Positions 38,901-53,252 of a stretch of DNA of 64,000 nt are shown here, piece by piece. A program made the position numbers and the translations under genes. The first letter of the stretch is position 1, and every line of letters begins with the position of its first letter. This stretch comes from Azolla caroliniana (lineage: Eukaryota; Plantae; Polypodiophyta): contig JBHGNT010000060.1 in assembly GCA_043228905.1 (NCBI GenBank), forward strand, positions 92,190 to 156,189, read 5' to 3'. The notes under the pieces were generated by a model. That model was given only the letters and a program-made list of their open reading frames with translations, ran no database searches and was not told the origin of the DNA.

Positions 38901-41900
38901 TTTTTGTGTTCAAACATGCGTATCGAAGCTAACAACGCTAGCTATGCTATAGAATTAAAAAATCCAGATTTTGAAACTCAGGTCGAGAGACATGAAGAAA
39001 TTAGCACATTTGAAGAGGTAGTGGAGAACAGCCCGTTAGGAAATAAAAATGTTCATACCTGGCTCGTGTGATATCGGATTTCTGTGTTCAAACATGCGTA
39101 TGGAAGCTAACAACGCTACCTATGATATGGAATTAAAAAATGCAGATTTTGAAACTCAGGTCGAGAGACATGAAGAAATTAGCACATTTGAGGAGGTAGT
39201 GGAGAACAACCCGTTAGGAAATAAAAATGTTCATACCTGGCTCGTGTGATATCGGATTTTTGTGTTCAAACATGCGTATCGAAGCTAACAACGCTAGCTA
39301 TGCTATAGAATTAAAAAATCCAGATTTTGAAACTCAGGTCGAGAGACATGAAGAAATTAGCACATTTGAGGAGGTAGTGGAGAACAGCCCGTGAGTCAAT
39401 TAAAATGTTTATACCTGGCTCGTGTGATATCGGATTTTTGTGTTCAAACATTCGTATCGAATCTAAGAACGCTAGCTATGCTATAGAATTAAAAAATCCA
39501 GATTTTGAAACTCAGGTCGAGAGACATGAAGAAATTAGCACATTTGAGGAGGGACTTGAGAAGAGCCCATGAGTCAATTAAAATGTTCATACCTGGCTCG
39601 TGTGATATCGGATTTTTGTGTTCAAACATGCGTATCGAAGCTAACAACGCTAGCTATGCTATAGAATTAAAAAATCCAGATTTTGAAACTCAGGTCGAGA
39701 GACATGAAGAAATTAGCACATTTGAAGAGGTAGTGGAGAACAGCCCGTTAGGAAATAAAAATGTTCATACCTGGCTCGTGTGATATCGGATTTCTGTGTT
39801 CAAACATGCGTATGGAAGCTAACAACGCTACCTATGATATGGAATTAAAAAATGCAGATTTTGAAACTCAGGTCGAGAGACATGAAGAAATTAGCACATT
39901 TGAGGAGGTAGTGGAGAACAACCCGTTAGGAAATAAAAATGTTCATACCTGGCTCGTGTGATATCGGATTTTTGTGTTCAAACATGCGTATCGAAGCTAA
40001 CAACGCTAGCTATGCTATAGAATTAAAAAATCAAGATTTTGAAACTCAGGTCGAGAGACATGAGGAAGTTAGAAAATTAGAGGAGGGACTTGAAAAGAGG
40101 CCGTGAGTCAATTAAAATGTTCATACCAGGCTCGTGTGATATCGGATTTTTGTGTTCAAACATGCGTATCGAAGCTAACAACGCTAGGTATGCTATAGAA
40201 TTAAAAAATCAAGATTTTGAAACTCAGGTCGAGAGACATGAGGAAGTTAGCAAATTAGAGGAGGGACTTGAAAAGAGGCCGTGAGTCAATTAAAATGTTC
40301 ATACCAGGCTCGTGTGATATCGGATTTTTGTGTTCAAACATGCGTATCGAAGCTAACAACGCTAGTTATGCTATAGAATTAAAAAATGAAAATTTTGAAA
40401 CTCAGGTCGAGAGACATGAAGAAATTAGCACATTTGAGGAGGTAGTGGAGAACAGCCCGTGAGTCAATTAAAATGTTCATACCTGGCTCGTGTGATATCG
40501 GATTTTTGTGTTCAAACATTCGTATCGAATCTAAGAACGCTAGCTATGCTATAGAATTAAAAAATCCAGATTTTGAAACTCAGGTCGAGAGACATGAAGA
40601 AATTAGCACATTTGAGGAGGGACTTGAGAAGAGCCCATGAGTCAATTAAAATGTTCATACCTGGCTCGTGTGATATCGGATTTTTGTGTTCAAACATGCG
40701 TATCGAAGCTAACAACGCTAGCTATGCTATAGAATTAAAAAATCCAGATTTTGAAACTCAGGTCGAGAGACATGAAGAAATTAGCACATTTGAAGAGGTA
40801 GTGGAGAACAGCCCGTTAGGAAATAAAAATGTTCATACCTGGCTCGTGTGATATCGGATTTCTGTGTTCAAACATGCGTATGGAAGCTAACAACGCTACC
40901 TATGATATGGAATTAAAAAATGCAGATTTTGAAACTCAGGTCGAGAGACATGAAGAAATTAGCACATTTGAGGAGGTAGTGGAGAACAACCCGTTAGGAA
41001 ATAAAAATGTTCATACCTGGCTCGTGTGATATCGGATTTTTGTGTTCAAACATGCGTATCGAAGCTAACAACGCTAGCTATGCTATAGAATTAAAAAATC
41101 CAGATTTTGAAACTCAGGTCGAGAGACATGAAGAAATTAGCACATTTGAGGAGGTAGTGGAGAACAGCCCGTGAGTCAATTAAAATGTTTATACCTGGCT
41201 CGTGTGATATCGGATTTTTGTGTTCAAACATTCGTATCGAATCTAAGAACGCTAGCTATGCTATAGAATTAAAAAATCCAGATTTTGAAACTCAGGTCGA
41301 GAGACATGAAGAAATTAGCACATTTGAGGAGGGACTTGAGAAGAGCCCATGAGTCAATTAAAATGTTCATACCTGGCTCGTGTGATATCGGATTTTTGTG
41401 TTCAAACATGCGTATCGAAGCTAACAACGCTAGCTATGCTATAGAATTAAAAAATCCAGATTTTGAAACTCAGGTCGAGAGACATGAAGAAATTAGCACA
41501 TTTGAAGAGGTAGTGGAGAACAGCCCGTTAGGAAATAAAAATGTTCATACCTGGCTCGTGTGATATCGGATTTCTGTGTTCAAACATGCGTATGGAAGCT
41601 AACAACGCTACCTATGATATGGAATTAAAAAATGCAGATTTTGAAACTCAGGTCGAGAGACATGAAGAAATTAGCACATTTGAGGAGGTAGTGGAGAACA
41701 ACCCGTTAGGAAATAAAAATGTTCATACCTGGCTCGTGTGATATCGGATTTTTGTGTTCAAACATGCGTATCGAAGCTAACAACGCTAGCTATGCTATAG
41801 AATTAAAAAATCAAGATTTTGAAACTCAGGTCGAGAGACATGAGGAAGTTAGAAAATTAGAGGAGGGACTTGAAAAGAGGCCGTGAGTCAATTAAAATGT

Positions 41901-44900
41901 TCATACCAGGCTCGTGTGATATCGGATTTTTGTGTTCAAACATGCGTATCGAAGCTAACAACGCTAGGTATGCTATAGAATTAAAAAATCAAGATTTTGA
42001 AACTCAGGTCGAGAGACATGAGGAAGTTAGCAAATTAGAGGAGGGACTTGAAAAGAGGCCGTGAGTCAATTAAAATGTTCATACCAGGCTCGTGTGATAT
42101 CGGATTTTTGTGTTCAAACATGCGTATTGAAGCTAACAACACTAGCTATGATATAGAATAAAAAAATCAAGATTTTGAAACACAGCTCGAGAGACATGAA
42201 GAAATTAGCACATTTGAGGAGGTAGTGGAGAACAGCCCGTGAGTCAATTAAAATGTTCATACCTGGCTCGTGTGATATCGGATTTCTGTGTTCAAACATG
42301 CGTATGGAAGCTAACAACGCTACCTATGATATGGAATTAAAAAATGCAGATTTTGAAACTCAGGTCGAGAGACATGAAGAAATTAGCACATTTGAGGAGG
42401 TAGTGGAGAACAACCCGTTAGGAAATAAAAATGTTCATACCTGGCTCGTGTGATATCGGATTTTTGTGTTCAAACATGCGTATCGAAGCTAACAACGCTA
42501 GGTATGCTATAGAATTAAAAAATCCAGATTTTGAAACTCAGGTCGAGAGACATGAAGAAATTAGCACATTTGAGGAGGGACTTGAGAAGAGCCCATGAGT
42601 CAATTAAAATGTTCATACCTGGCTCCTATGATATCGGATTTTTGTGTTCAAACATGCGTATCGAAGCTAACAACGCTAGCTATGCTATAGAATTAAAAAA
42701 TCAAGATTTTGAAACTCAGGTCGAGAGACATGAGGAAGTTAGAAAATTAGAGGAGGGACTTGAAAAGAGGCCGTGAGTCAATTAAAATGTTCATACCAGG
42801 CTCGTGTGATATCGGATTTTTGTGTTCAAACATGCGTATCGAAGCTAACAACGCTAGGTATGCTATAGAATTAAAAAATCAAGATTTTGAAACTCAGGTC
42901 GAGAGACATGAGGAAGTTAGCAAATTAGAGGAGGGACTTGAAAAGAGGCCGTGAGTCAATTAAAATGTTCATACCAGGCTCGTGTGATATCGGATTTTTG
43001 TGTTCAAACATGCGTATCGAAGCTAACAACGCTAGTTATGCTATAGAATTAAAAAATGAAAATTTTGAAACTCAGGTCGAGAGACATGAAGAAATTAGCA
43101 CATTTGAGGAGGTAGTGGAGAACAGCCCGTGAGTCAATTAAAATGTTCATACCTGGCTCGTGTGATATCGGATTTTTGTGTTCAAACATTCGTATCGAAT
43201 CTAAGAACGCTAGCTATGCTATAGAATTAAAAAATCCAGATTTTGAAACTCAGGTCGAGAGACATGAAGAAATTAGCACATTTGAGGAGGGACTTGAGAA
43301 GAGCCCATGAGTCAATTAAAATGTTCATACCTGGCTCGTGTGATATCGGATTTTTGTGTTCAAACATGCGTATCGAAGCTAACAACGCTAGCTATGCTAT
43401 AGAATTAAAAAATCCAGATTTTGAAACTCAGGTCGAGAGACATGAAGAAATTAGCACATTTGAAGAGGTAGTGGAGAACAGCCCGTTAGGAAATAAAAAT
43501 GTTCATACCTGGCTCGTGTGATATCGGATTTCTGTGTTCAAACATGCGTATGGAAGCTAACAACGCTACCTATGATATGGAATTAAAAAATGCAGATTTT
43601 GAAACTCAGGTCGAGAGACATGAAGAAATTAGCACATTTGAGGAGGTAGTGGAGAACAACCCGTTAGGAAATAAAAATGTTCATACCTGGCTCGTGTGAT
43701 ATCGGATTTTTGTGTTCAAACATGCGTATCGAAGCTAACAACGCTAGCTATGCTATAGAATTAAAAAATCCAGATTTTGAAACTCAGGTCGAGAGACATG
43801 AAGAAATTAGCACATTTGAGGAGGTAGTGGAGAACAGCCCGTGAGTCAATTAAAATGTTTATACCTGGCTCGTGTGATATCGGATTTTTGTGTTCAAACA
43901 TTCGTATCGAATCTAAGAACGCTAGCTATGCTATAGAATTAAAAAATCCAGATTTTGAAACTCAGGTCGAGAGACATGAAGAAATTAGCACATTTGAGGA
44001 GGGACTTGAGAAGAGCCCATGAGTCAATTAAAATGTTCATACCTGGCTCGTGTGATATCGGATTTTTGTGTTCAAACATGCGTATCGAAGCTAACAACGC
44101 TAGCTATGCTATAGAATTAAAAAATCAAGATTTTGAAACTCAGGTCGAGAGACATGAAGAAATTAGCACATTTGAAGAGGTAGTGGAGAACAGCCCGTTA
44201 GGAAATAAAAATGTTCATACCTGGCTCGTGTGATATCGGATTTCTGTGTTCAAACATGCGTATGGAAGCTAACAACGCTACCTATGATATGGAATTAAAA
44301 AATGCAGATTTTGAAACTCAGGTCGAGAGACATGAAGAAATTAGCACATTTGAGGAGGTAGTGGAGAACAACCCGTTAGGAAATAAAAATGTTCATACCT
44401 GGCTCGTGTGATATCGGATTTTTGTGTTCAAACATGCGTATCGAAGCTAACAACGCTAGCTATGCTATAGAATTAAAAAATCCAGATTTTGAAACTCAGG
44501 TCGAGAGACATGAAGAAATTAGCACATTTGAGGAGGTAGTGGAGAACAGCCCGTGAGTCAATTAAAATGTTTATACCTGGCTCGTGTGATATCGGATTTT
44601 TGTGTTCAAACATTCGTATCGAATCTAAGAACGCTAGCTATGCTATAGAATTAAAAAATCCAGATTTTGAAACTCAGGTCGAGAGACATGAAGAAATTAG
44701 CACATTTGAGGAGGGACTTGAGAAGAGCCCATGAGTCAATTAAAATGTTCATACCTGGCTCGTGTGATATCGGATTTTTGTGTTCAAACATGCGTATCGA
44801 AGCTAACAACGCTAGCTATGCTATAGAATTAAAAAATCCAGATTTTGAAACTCAGGTCGAGAGACATGAAGAAATTAGCACATTTGAAGAGGTAGTGGAG

Positions 44901-47900
44901 AACAGCCCGTTAGGAAATAAAAATGTTCATACCTGGCTCGTGTGATATCGGATTTCTGTGTTCAAACATGCGTATGGAAGCTAACAACGCTACCTATGAT
45001 ATGGAATTAAAAAATGCAGATTTTGAAACTCAGGTCGAGAGACATGAAGAAATTAGCACATTTGAGGAGGTAGTGGAGAACAACCCGTTAGGAAATAAAA
45101 ATGTTCATACCTGGCTCGTGTGATATCGGATTTTTGTGTTCAAACATGCGTATCGAAGCTAACAACGCTAGCTATGCTATAGAATTAAAAAATCAAGATT
45201 TTGAAACTCAGGTCGAGAGACATGAGGAAGTTAGAAAATTAGAGGAGGGACTTGAAAAGAGGCCGTGAGTCAATTAAAATGTTCATACCAGGCTCGTGTG
45301 ATATCGGATTTTTGTGTTCAAACATGCGTATCGAAGCTAACAACGCTAGGTATGCTATAGAATTAAAAAATCAAGATTTTGAAACTCAGGTCGAGAGACA
45401 TGAGGAAGTTAGCAAATTAGAGGAGGGACTTGAAAAGAGGCCGTGAGTCAATTAAAATGTTCATACCAGGCTCGTGTGATATCGGATTTTTGTGTTCAAA
45501 CATGCGTATCGAAGCTAACAACGCTAGTTATGCTATAGAATTAAAAAATGAAGATTTTGAAACTCAGGTCGAGAGACATGAAGAAATTAGCACATTTGAG
45601 GAGGTAGTGGAGAACAGCCCGTGAGTCAATTAAAATGTTCATACCTGGCTCGTGTGATATCGGATTTTTGTGTTCAAACATTCGTATCGAATCTAAGAAC
45701 GCTAGCTATGCTATAGAATTAAAAAATCCAGATTTTGAAACTCAGGTCGAGAGACATGAAGAAATTAGCACATTTGAGGAGGGACTTGAGAAGAGCCCAT
45801 GAGTCAATTAAAATGTTCATACCTGGCTCGTGTGATATCGGATTTTTGTGTTCAAACATGCGTATCGAAGCTAACAACGCTAGCTATGCTATAGAATTAA
45901 AAAATCCAGATTTTGAAACTCAGGTCGAGAGACATGAAGAAATTAGCACATTTGAAGAGGTAGTGGAGAACAGCCCGTGAGTCAATTAAAATGTTCATAC
46001 CTGGCTCGTGTGATATCGGATTTCTGTGTTCAAACATGCGTATGGAAGCTAACAACGCTACCTATGATATGGAATTAAAAAATGCAGATTTTGAAACTCA
46101 GGTCGAGAGACATGAAGAAATTAGCACATTTGAGGAGGGACTTGAGAAGAGCCCATGAGTCAATTAAAATGTTCATACCTGGCTCGTGTGATATCGGATT
46201 TTTGTGTTCAAACATGCGTATCGAAGCTAACAACGCTAGGTATGCTATAGAATTAAAAAATCCAGATTTTGAAACTCAGGTCGAGAGACATGAAGAAATT
46301 AGCACATTTGAGGAGGGACTTGAGAAGAGCCCATGAGTCAATTAAAATGTTCATACCTGGCTCCTATGATATCGGATTTTTGTGTTCAAACATGCGTATC
46401 GAAGCTAACAACGCTAGCTATGCTATAGAATTAAAAAATCAAGATTTTGAAACTCAGGTCGAGAGACATGAGGAAGTTAGAAAATTAGAGGAGGGACTTG
46501 AAAAGAGGCCGTGAGTCAATTAAAATGTTCATACCAGGCTCGTGTGATATCGGATTTTTGTGTTCAAACATGTGTATCGAAGCTAACAACGCTAGGTATG
46601 CTATAGAATTAAAAAATCAAGATTTTGAAACTCAGGTCGAGAGACATGAGGAAGTTAGCAAATTAGAGGAGGGACTTGAAAAGAGGCCGTGAGTCAATTA
46701 AAATGTTCATACCAGGCTCGTGTGATATCGGATTTTTGTGTTCAAACATGCGTATCGAAGCTAACAACGCTAGTTATGCTATAGAATTAAAAAATGAAGA
46801 TTTTGAAACTCAGGTCGAGAGACATGAAGAAATTAGCACATTTGAGGAGGTAGTGGAGAACAGCCCGTGAGTCAATTAAAATGTTCATACCTGGCTCGTG
46901 TGATATCGGATTTTTGTGTTCAAACATTCGTATCGAATCTAAGAACGCTAGCTATGCTATAGAATTAAAAAATCCAGATTTTGAAACTCAGGTCGAGAGA
47001 CATGAAGAAATTAGCACATTTGAGGAGGGACTTGAGAAGAGCCCATGAGTCAATTAAAATGTTCATACCTGGCTCGTGTGATATCGGATTTTTGTGTTCA
47101 AACATGCGTATCGAAGCTAACAACGCTAGCTATGCTATAGAATAAAAAAATCAAGATTTTGAAACTCAGGTCGAGAGACATGAAGAAATTAGCAAATTAG
47201 AGGAGGGACTTGAAAAGAGGCCGTGAGTCAATTAAAATGTTCATACCAGGCTCGTGTGATATCGGATTTTTGTGTTCAAACATGCGTATCGAAGCTAACA
47301 ACGCTAGTTATGCTATAGAATTAAAAAATGAAGATTTTGAAACTCAGGTCGAGAGACATGAAGAAATTAGCACATTTGAGGAGGTAGTGGAGAACAGCCC
47401 GTGAGTCAATTAAAATGTTCATACCTGGCTCGTGTGATATTGGATTTTTGTGTTCAAACATGCGTATCGAAGCTAACAACGCTACCTATGATATAGAATA
47501 AAAAAATCAAGATTTTGAAACTCAGGTCAAGAGACATGAAGAAATTTAGGACATTTGAGGAGGTAGTGGAGAACAGCCCGTGAGTCAATTAAAATGTTCA
47601 TACCTGGCTCGCGTGATATCGGATTTTTGTGTTCAAACATGCGTATCGAAGCTAACAACACTAGCTATGATATAGAATAAAAAAATCAAGATTTTGAAAC
47701 ACAGCTCGAGAGACATGAAGAAATTAGCACATTTGAGGAGGTAGTGGAGAACAGCCCGTGAGTCAATTAAAATGTTCATACCTGGCTCGTGTGATATCGG
47801 ATTTTTGTGTTCAAACATGCGTATCGAAGCTAACAACGCTACCTATGATATGGAATAAAAAAATCAAGATATTGAAACTCAGGTCAAGAGACATGAAGAA

Positions 47901-50900
47901 ATTTAGGACATTTGAGGAGGTAGTGGAGAACAGCCCGTGAGTCAATTAAAATGTTCATACCTGGCTCGTGTGATATCGGATTTTTGTGTTCAAACATGCG
48001 TATCGAAGCTAACAACACTAGCTATGATATAGAATAAAAAAATCAAGATTTTGAAACTCAGGTCGAGAGACATGAAGAAATTAGCACATTTGAGGAGGTA
48101 GTGGAGAACAGCCCGTTAGGAAATAAAAATGTTCATACCTGGCTCGTGTGATATCGGATTTTTGTGTTCAAACATGCGTATCGAAGCTAACAACGCTAGC
48201 TATGCTATAGAATTAAAAAATGAAGATTTTGAAACTCAGGTCGAGAGACATGAAGAAATTAGCACATTTGAAGAGGTAGTGGAGAACAGCCCGTTAGGAA
48301 ATAAAAATGTTCATACCTGGCTCGTGTGATATCGGATTTTTGTGTTCAAACATGCGTATTGAAGCTAACAACGCTACCTATGATATGGAATTAAAAAATG
48401 CGGATTTTGAAACTCAGGTCGAGAGACATGAAGAAATTAGCACATTTGAGGAGGTAGTGGAGAACAACACGTTAGGAAATAAAAATGTTCATACCTGGCT
48501 CGTGTGATATCGGATTTTTGTGTTCAAACATGCGTATCGAAGCTAACAACGCTAGGTATGCTATAGAATTAAAAAATCCAGATTTTGAAACTCAGGTCCA
48601 GAGACATGAAGAAATTAGCACATTTGAGGAGGGACTTGAGAAGAGCCCATGAGTCAATTAAAATGTTCATACCTGGCTCCTATGATATCGGATTTTTGTG
48701 TTCAAACATGCGTATCGAAGCTAACAACGCTAGCTATGCTATGGAATTAAAAAATCAAGATTTTGAAACTCAGGTCGAGAGACATGAGGAAGTTAGAAAA
48801 TTAGAGGAGGGACTTGAAAAGAGGCCGTGAGTCAATTAAAATGTTCATACCAGGCTCGTGTGATATCGGATTTTTGTGTTCAAACATGTGTATCGAAGCT
48901 AACAACGCTAGGTATGCTATAGAATTAAAAAATCAAGATTTTGAAACTCAGGTCGAGAGACATGAGGAAGTTAGCAAATTAGAGGAGGGACTTGAAAAGA
49001 GGCCGTGAGTCAATTAAAATGTTCATACCAGGCTCGTGTGATATCGGATTTTTGTGTTCAAACATGCGTATCGAAGCTAACAACGCTAGTTATGCTATAG
49101 AATTAAAAAATGAAGATTTTGAAACTCAGGTCGAGAGACATGAAGAAATTAGCACATTTGAGGAGGTAGTGGAGAACAGCCCGTGAGTCAATTAAAATGT
49201 TCATACCTGGCTCGTGTGATATCGGATTTTTGTGTTCAAACATTCGTATCGAATCTAAGAACGCTAGCTATGCTATAGAATTAAAAAATCAAGATTTTGA
49301 AACTCAGGTCGAGAGACATGAAGAAATTAGCACATTTGAGGAGGGACTTGAGAAGAGCCCATGAGTCAATTAAAATGTTCATACCTGGCTCGTGTGATAT
49401 CGGATTTTTGTGTTCAAACATGCGTATCGAAGCTAACAACGCTAGCTATGCTATAGAATAAAAAAATCAAGATTTTGAAACTCAGGTCGAGAGACATGAA
49501 GAAATTAGCAAATTAGAGGAGGGACTTGAAAAGAGGCCGTGAGTCAATTAAAATGTTCATACCAGGCTCGTGTGATATCGGATTTTTGTGTTCAAACATG
49601 CGTATCGAAGCTAACAACGCTAGTTATGCTATAGAATTAAAAAATGAAGATTTTGAAACTCAGGTCGAGAGACATGAAGAAATTAGCACATTTGAGGAGG
49701 TAGTGGAGAACAGCCCGTGAGTCAATTAAAATGTTCATACCTGGCTCGTGTGATATTGGATTTTTGTGTTCAAACATGCGTATCGAAGCTAACAACGCTA
49801 CCTATGATATAGAATAAAAAAATCAAGATTTTGAAACTCAGGTCGAGAGACATGAAGAAATTAGCACATTTGAGGAGGTAGTGGAGAACAGCCCGTTAGG
49901 AAATAAAAATGTTCATACCTGGCTCGTGTGATATCGGATTTTTGTGTTCAAACATGCGTATCGAAGCTAACAACGCTAGCTATGCTATAGAATTAAAAAA
50001 TGAAGATTTTGAAACTCAGGTCGAGAGACATGAAGAAATTAGCACATTTGAAGAGGTAGTGGAGAACAGCCCGTGAGTCAATTAAAATGTTCATACCTGG
50101 CTCGTGTGATATCGGATTTTTGTGTTCAAACATGCGTATCGAAGCTAACAACGCTAGCTATGCTATAGAATTAAAAAATGAAGATTTTGAAACTCAGGTC
50201 GAGAGACATGAAGAAATTAGCACATTTGAAGAGGTAGTGGAGAACAGCCCGTTAGGAAATTAAAATGTTCATACCTGGCTCGTGTGATATCGGATTTTTG
50301 TGTTCAAACATGCGTATTGAAGCTAACAACGCTACCTATGATATGGAATTAAAAAATGCGGATTTTGAAACTCAGGTCGAGAGACATGAAGAAATTAGCA
50401 CATTTGAGGAGGTAGTGGAGAACAACACGTTAGGAAATAAAAATGTTCATACCTGGCTCGTGTGATATCGGATTTTTGTGTTCAAACATGCGTATCGAAG
50501 CTACCAACGCTAGCTATACTATAGAATTAAAAGATCAAGATTTTGAAACTCAGGTCGAGAGACATGAAGAAATTAGCACATTTGAGGAGGGACATGAGAA
50601 GAGCCCATGAGTCAATTAAAATGTTCATACCTGGCTCGTGTGATATCGGATTTTTGTGTTCAAACATGCGTATTGAAGCTAACAACGCTACCTATGATAT
50701 GGAATTAAAAAATGTAGATTTTGAAACTCAGGTCGAGAGACATGAAGAAATTAGCACATTTGAGGAGGTAGTGGAGAACAACCCGTTAGGAAATAAAAAT
50801 GTTCATCCCTGGCTCGTGTGATATCGGATTTTTGTGTTCAAACATGCGTATCGAAGCTAACAACGCTAGCTATGCTATAGAATTAAAAAATCCAGATTTT

Positions 50901-53252
50901 GAAACTCAGGTCGAGAGACATGAAGAAATTAGCACATTTGAGGAGGGACTTGAGAAGAGCCCATGAGTCAATTAAAATGTTCATACCTGGCTCCTATGAT
51001 ATCGGATTTTTGTGTTCAAACATGCGTATCGAAGCTAACAACGCTAGCTATGCTATAGAATTAAAAAATCAAGATTTTGAAACTCAGGTCGAGAGACATG
51101 AGGAAGTTAGAAAATTAGAGGAGGGACTTGAAAAGAGGCCGTGAGTCAATTAAAATGTTCATACCAGGCTCGTGTGATATCGGATTTTTGTGTTCAAACA
51201 TGCGTATCGAAGCTAACAACGCTAGGTATGCTATAGAATTAAAAAATCAAGATTTTGAAACTCAGGTCGAGAGACATGAGGAAGTTAGCAAATTAGAGGA
51301 GGGACTTGAAAAGAGGCCGTGAGTCAATTAAAATGTTCATACCAGGCTCGTGTGATATCGGATTTTTGTGTTCAAACATGCGTATCGAAGCTAACAACGC
51401 TAGTTATGCTATAGAATTAAAAAATGAAGATTTTGAAACTCAGGTCGAGAGACATGAAGAAATTAGCACATTTGAGGAGGTAGTGGAGAACAGCCCGTGA
51501 GTCAATTAAAATGTTCATACCTGGCTCGTGTGATATCGGATTTCTGTGTTCAAACATTCGTATCGAATCTAAGAACGCTAGCTATGCTATAGAATAAAAA
51601 AATCAAGATTTTGAAACTCAGGTCGAGAGACATGAAGAAATTAGCACATTTGAGGAGGGACTTGAGAAGAGCCCATGAGTCAATTAAAATGTTCATACCT
51701 GGCTCGTGTGATATCGGATTTTTGTGTTCAAACATGCGTATCGAAGCTAACAACGCTAGCTATGCTATAGAATAAAAAAATCAAGAATTTGAAACTCAGG
51801 TCGAAAGACATAAAGAAATTAATACCTGGCTCGTGTGATATCGGATGTTTGTGTTCAAACATGCGTATCGAAACTAACAACGCTAGCTATGCTATAGAAT
51901 TAAAAAATCAAGATTTTGAAACTCAGGTCGAGAGACATGAAGAAATTAGGACATTTGAGGAGGTAGTGGAGAACAGCCCGTGAGTCAATTAAAATGTTCA
52001 TACCTGGCTCGCGTGATATCGGATTTTTGTGTTCAAACATGCGTATCGAAGCTAACAACACTAGCTATGATATAGAATAAAAAAATCAAGATTTTGAAAC
52101 ACAGCTCGAGAGACATGAAGAAATTAGCACATTTGAGGAGGTAGTGGAGAACAGCCCGTGAGTCAATTAAAATGTTCATACCTGGCTCGTGTGATATCGG
52201 ATTTTTGTGTTCAAACATGCGTATCGAAGCTAACAACGCTAGCTATGCTATAGAATAAAAAAATCAAGAATTTGAAACTCAGGTCGAAAGACATAAAGAA
52301 ATTAATACCTGGCTCGTGTGATATCGGATGTTTGTGTTCAAACATGCGTATCGAAACTAACAACGCTAGCTATGCTATAGAATTAAAAAATCAAGATTTT
52401 GAAACTCAGGTCGAGAGACATGAAGAAATTAGGACATTTGAGGAGGTAGTGGAGAACAGCCCGTGAGTCAATTAAAATGTTCATACCTGGCTCGCGTGAT
52501 ATCGGATTTTTGTGTTCAAACATGCGTATCGAAGCTAACAACACTAGCTATGATATAGAATAAAAAAATCAAGATTTTGAAACACAGCTCGAGAGACATG
52601 AAGAAATTAGCATATTTGAGGAGGTAGTGGAGAACAGCCCGTGAGTCAATTAAAATGTTCATACCTGGCTCGTGTGATATCGGATTTTTGTGTTCAAACA
52701 TGCGTATCGAAGCTAACAACGCTACCTATGATATGGAATAAAAAAATCAAGATTTTGAAACTCAGGTCAAGAGACATGAAGAAATTTAGGACATTAGAGG
52801 AGGTAGTGGAGAACAGCCCGTGAGTCAATTAAAATGTTCATACCTGGCTCGTGTGATATCGGATTTTTGTGTTCAAACATGCGTATCGAAGCTAACAACA
52901 CTAGCTATGATATAGAATAAAAAAATCAAGATTTTGAAACTCAGGTCGAGAGACATGAAGAAATTAGCACATTTGAGGAGGTAGTGGAGAACAGCCCGTT
53001 AGGAAATAAAAATGTTCATACCTGGCTCGTGTGATATCGGATTTTTGTGTTCAAACATGCGTATCGAAGCTAACAACGCTAGCTATGCTATAGAATTAAA
53101 AAATGAAGATTTTGAAACTCAGGTCGAGAGACGTGAGGAAATTAGCACATTTGAAGAGGTAGTGGAGAACAGCCCGTTAGGAAATAAAAATGTTCATACC
53201 TGGCTCGTGTGATATCGGATTTTTGTGTTCAAACATGCGTATTGAAGCTAAC
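32951..53252. repeat. 178-bp tandem satellite array, right block (~114 monomers)
   Basis: Same monomer and orientation as the left block, with a different variant mix including 179-bp and 127-bp monomers. Confidence 0.99.

Noticed and set aside
11-53212. Over a hundred 60-119 aa ORFs (MFIPGSCDIGFLCS..., MKILKLRSRD...)
   Set aside because: They are translations of the 178-bp satellite. The unit is not a multiple of 3, stops are polymorphic among monomers, and no protein motif is recognisable.
1-53252. CRISPR-like appearance (conserved blocks alternating with variable blocks)
   Set aside because: The variable parts are a few recurring alleles of one sequence rather than unique spacers, there are no cas genes, and the context is a eukaryotic telomere.
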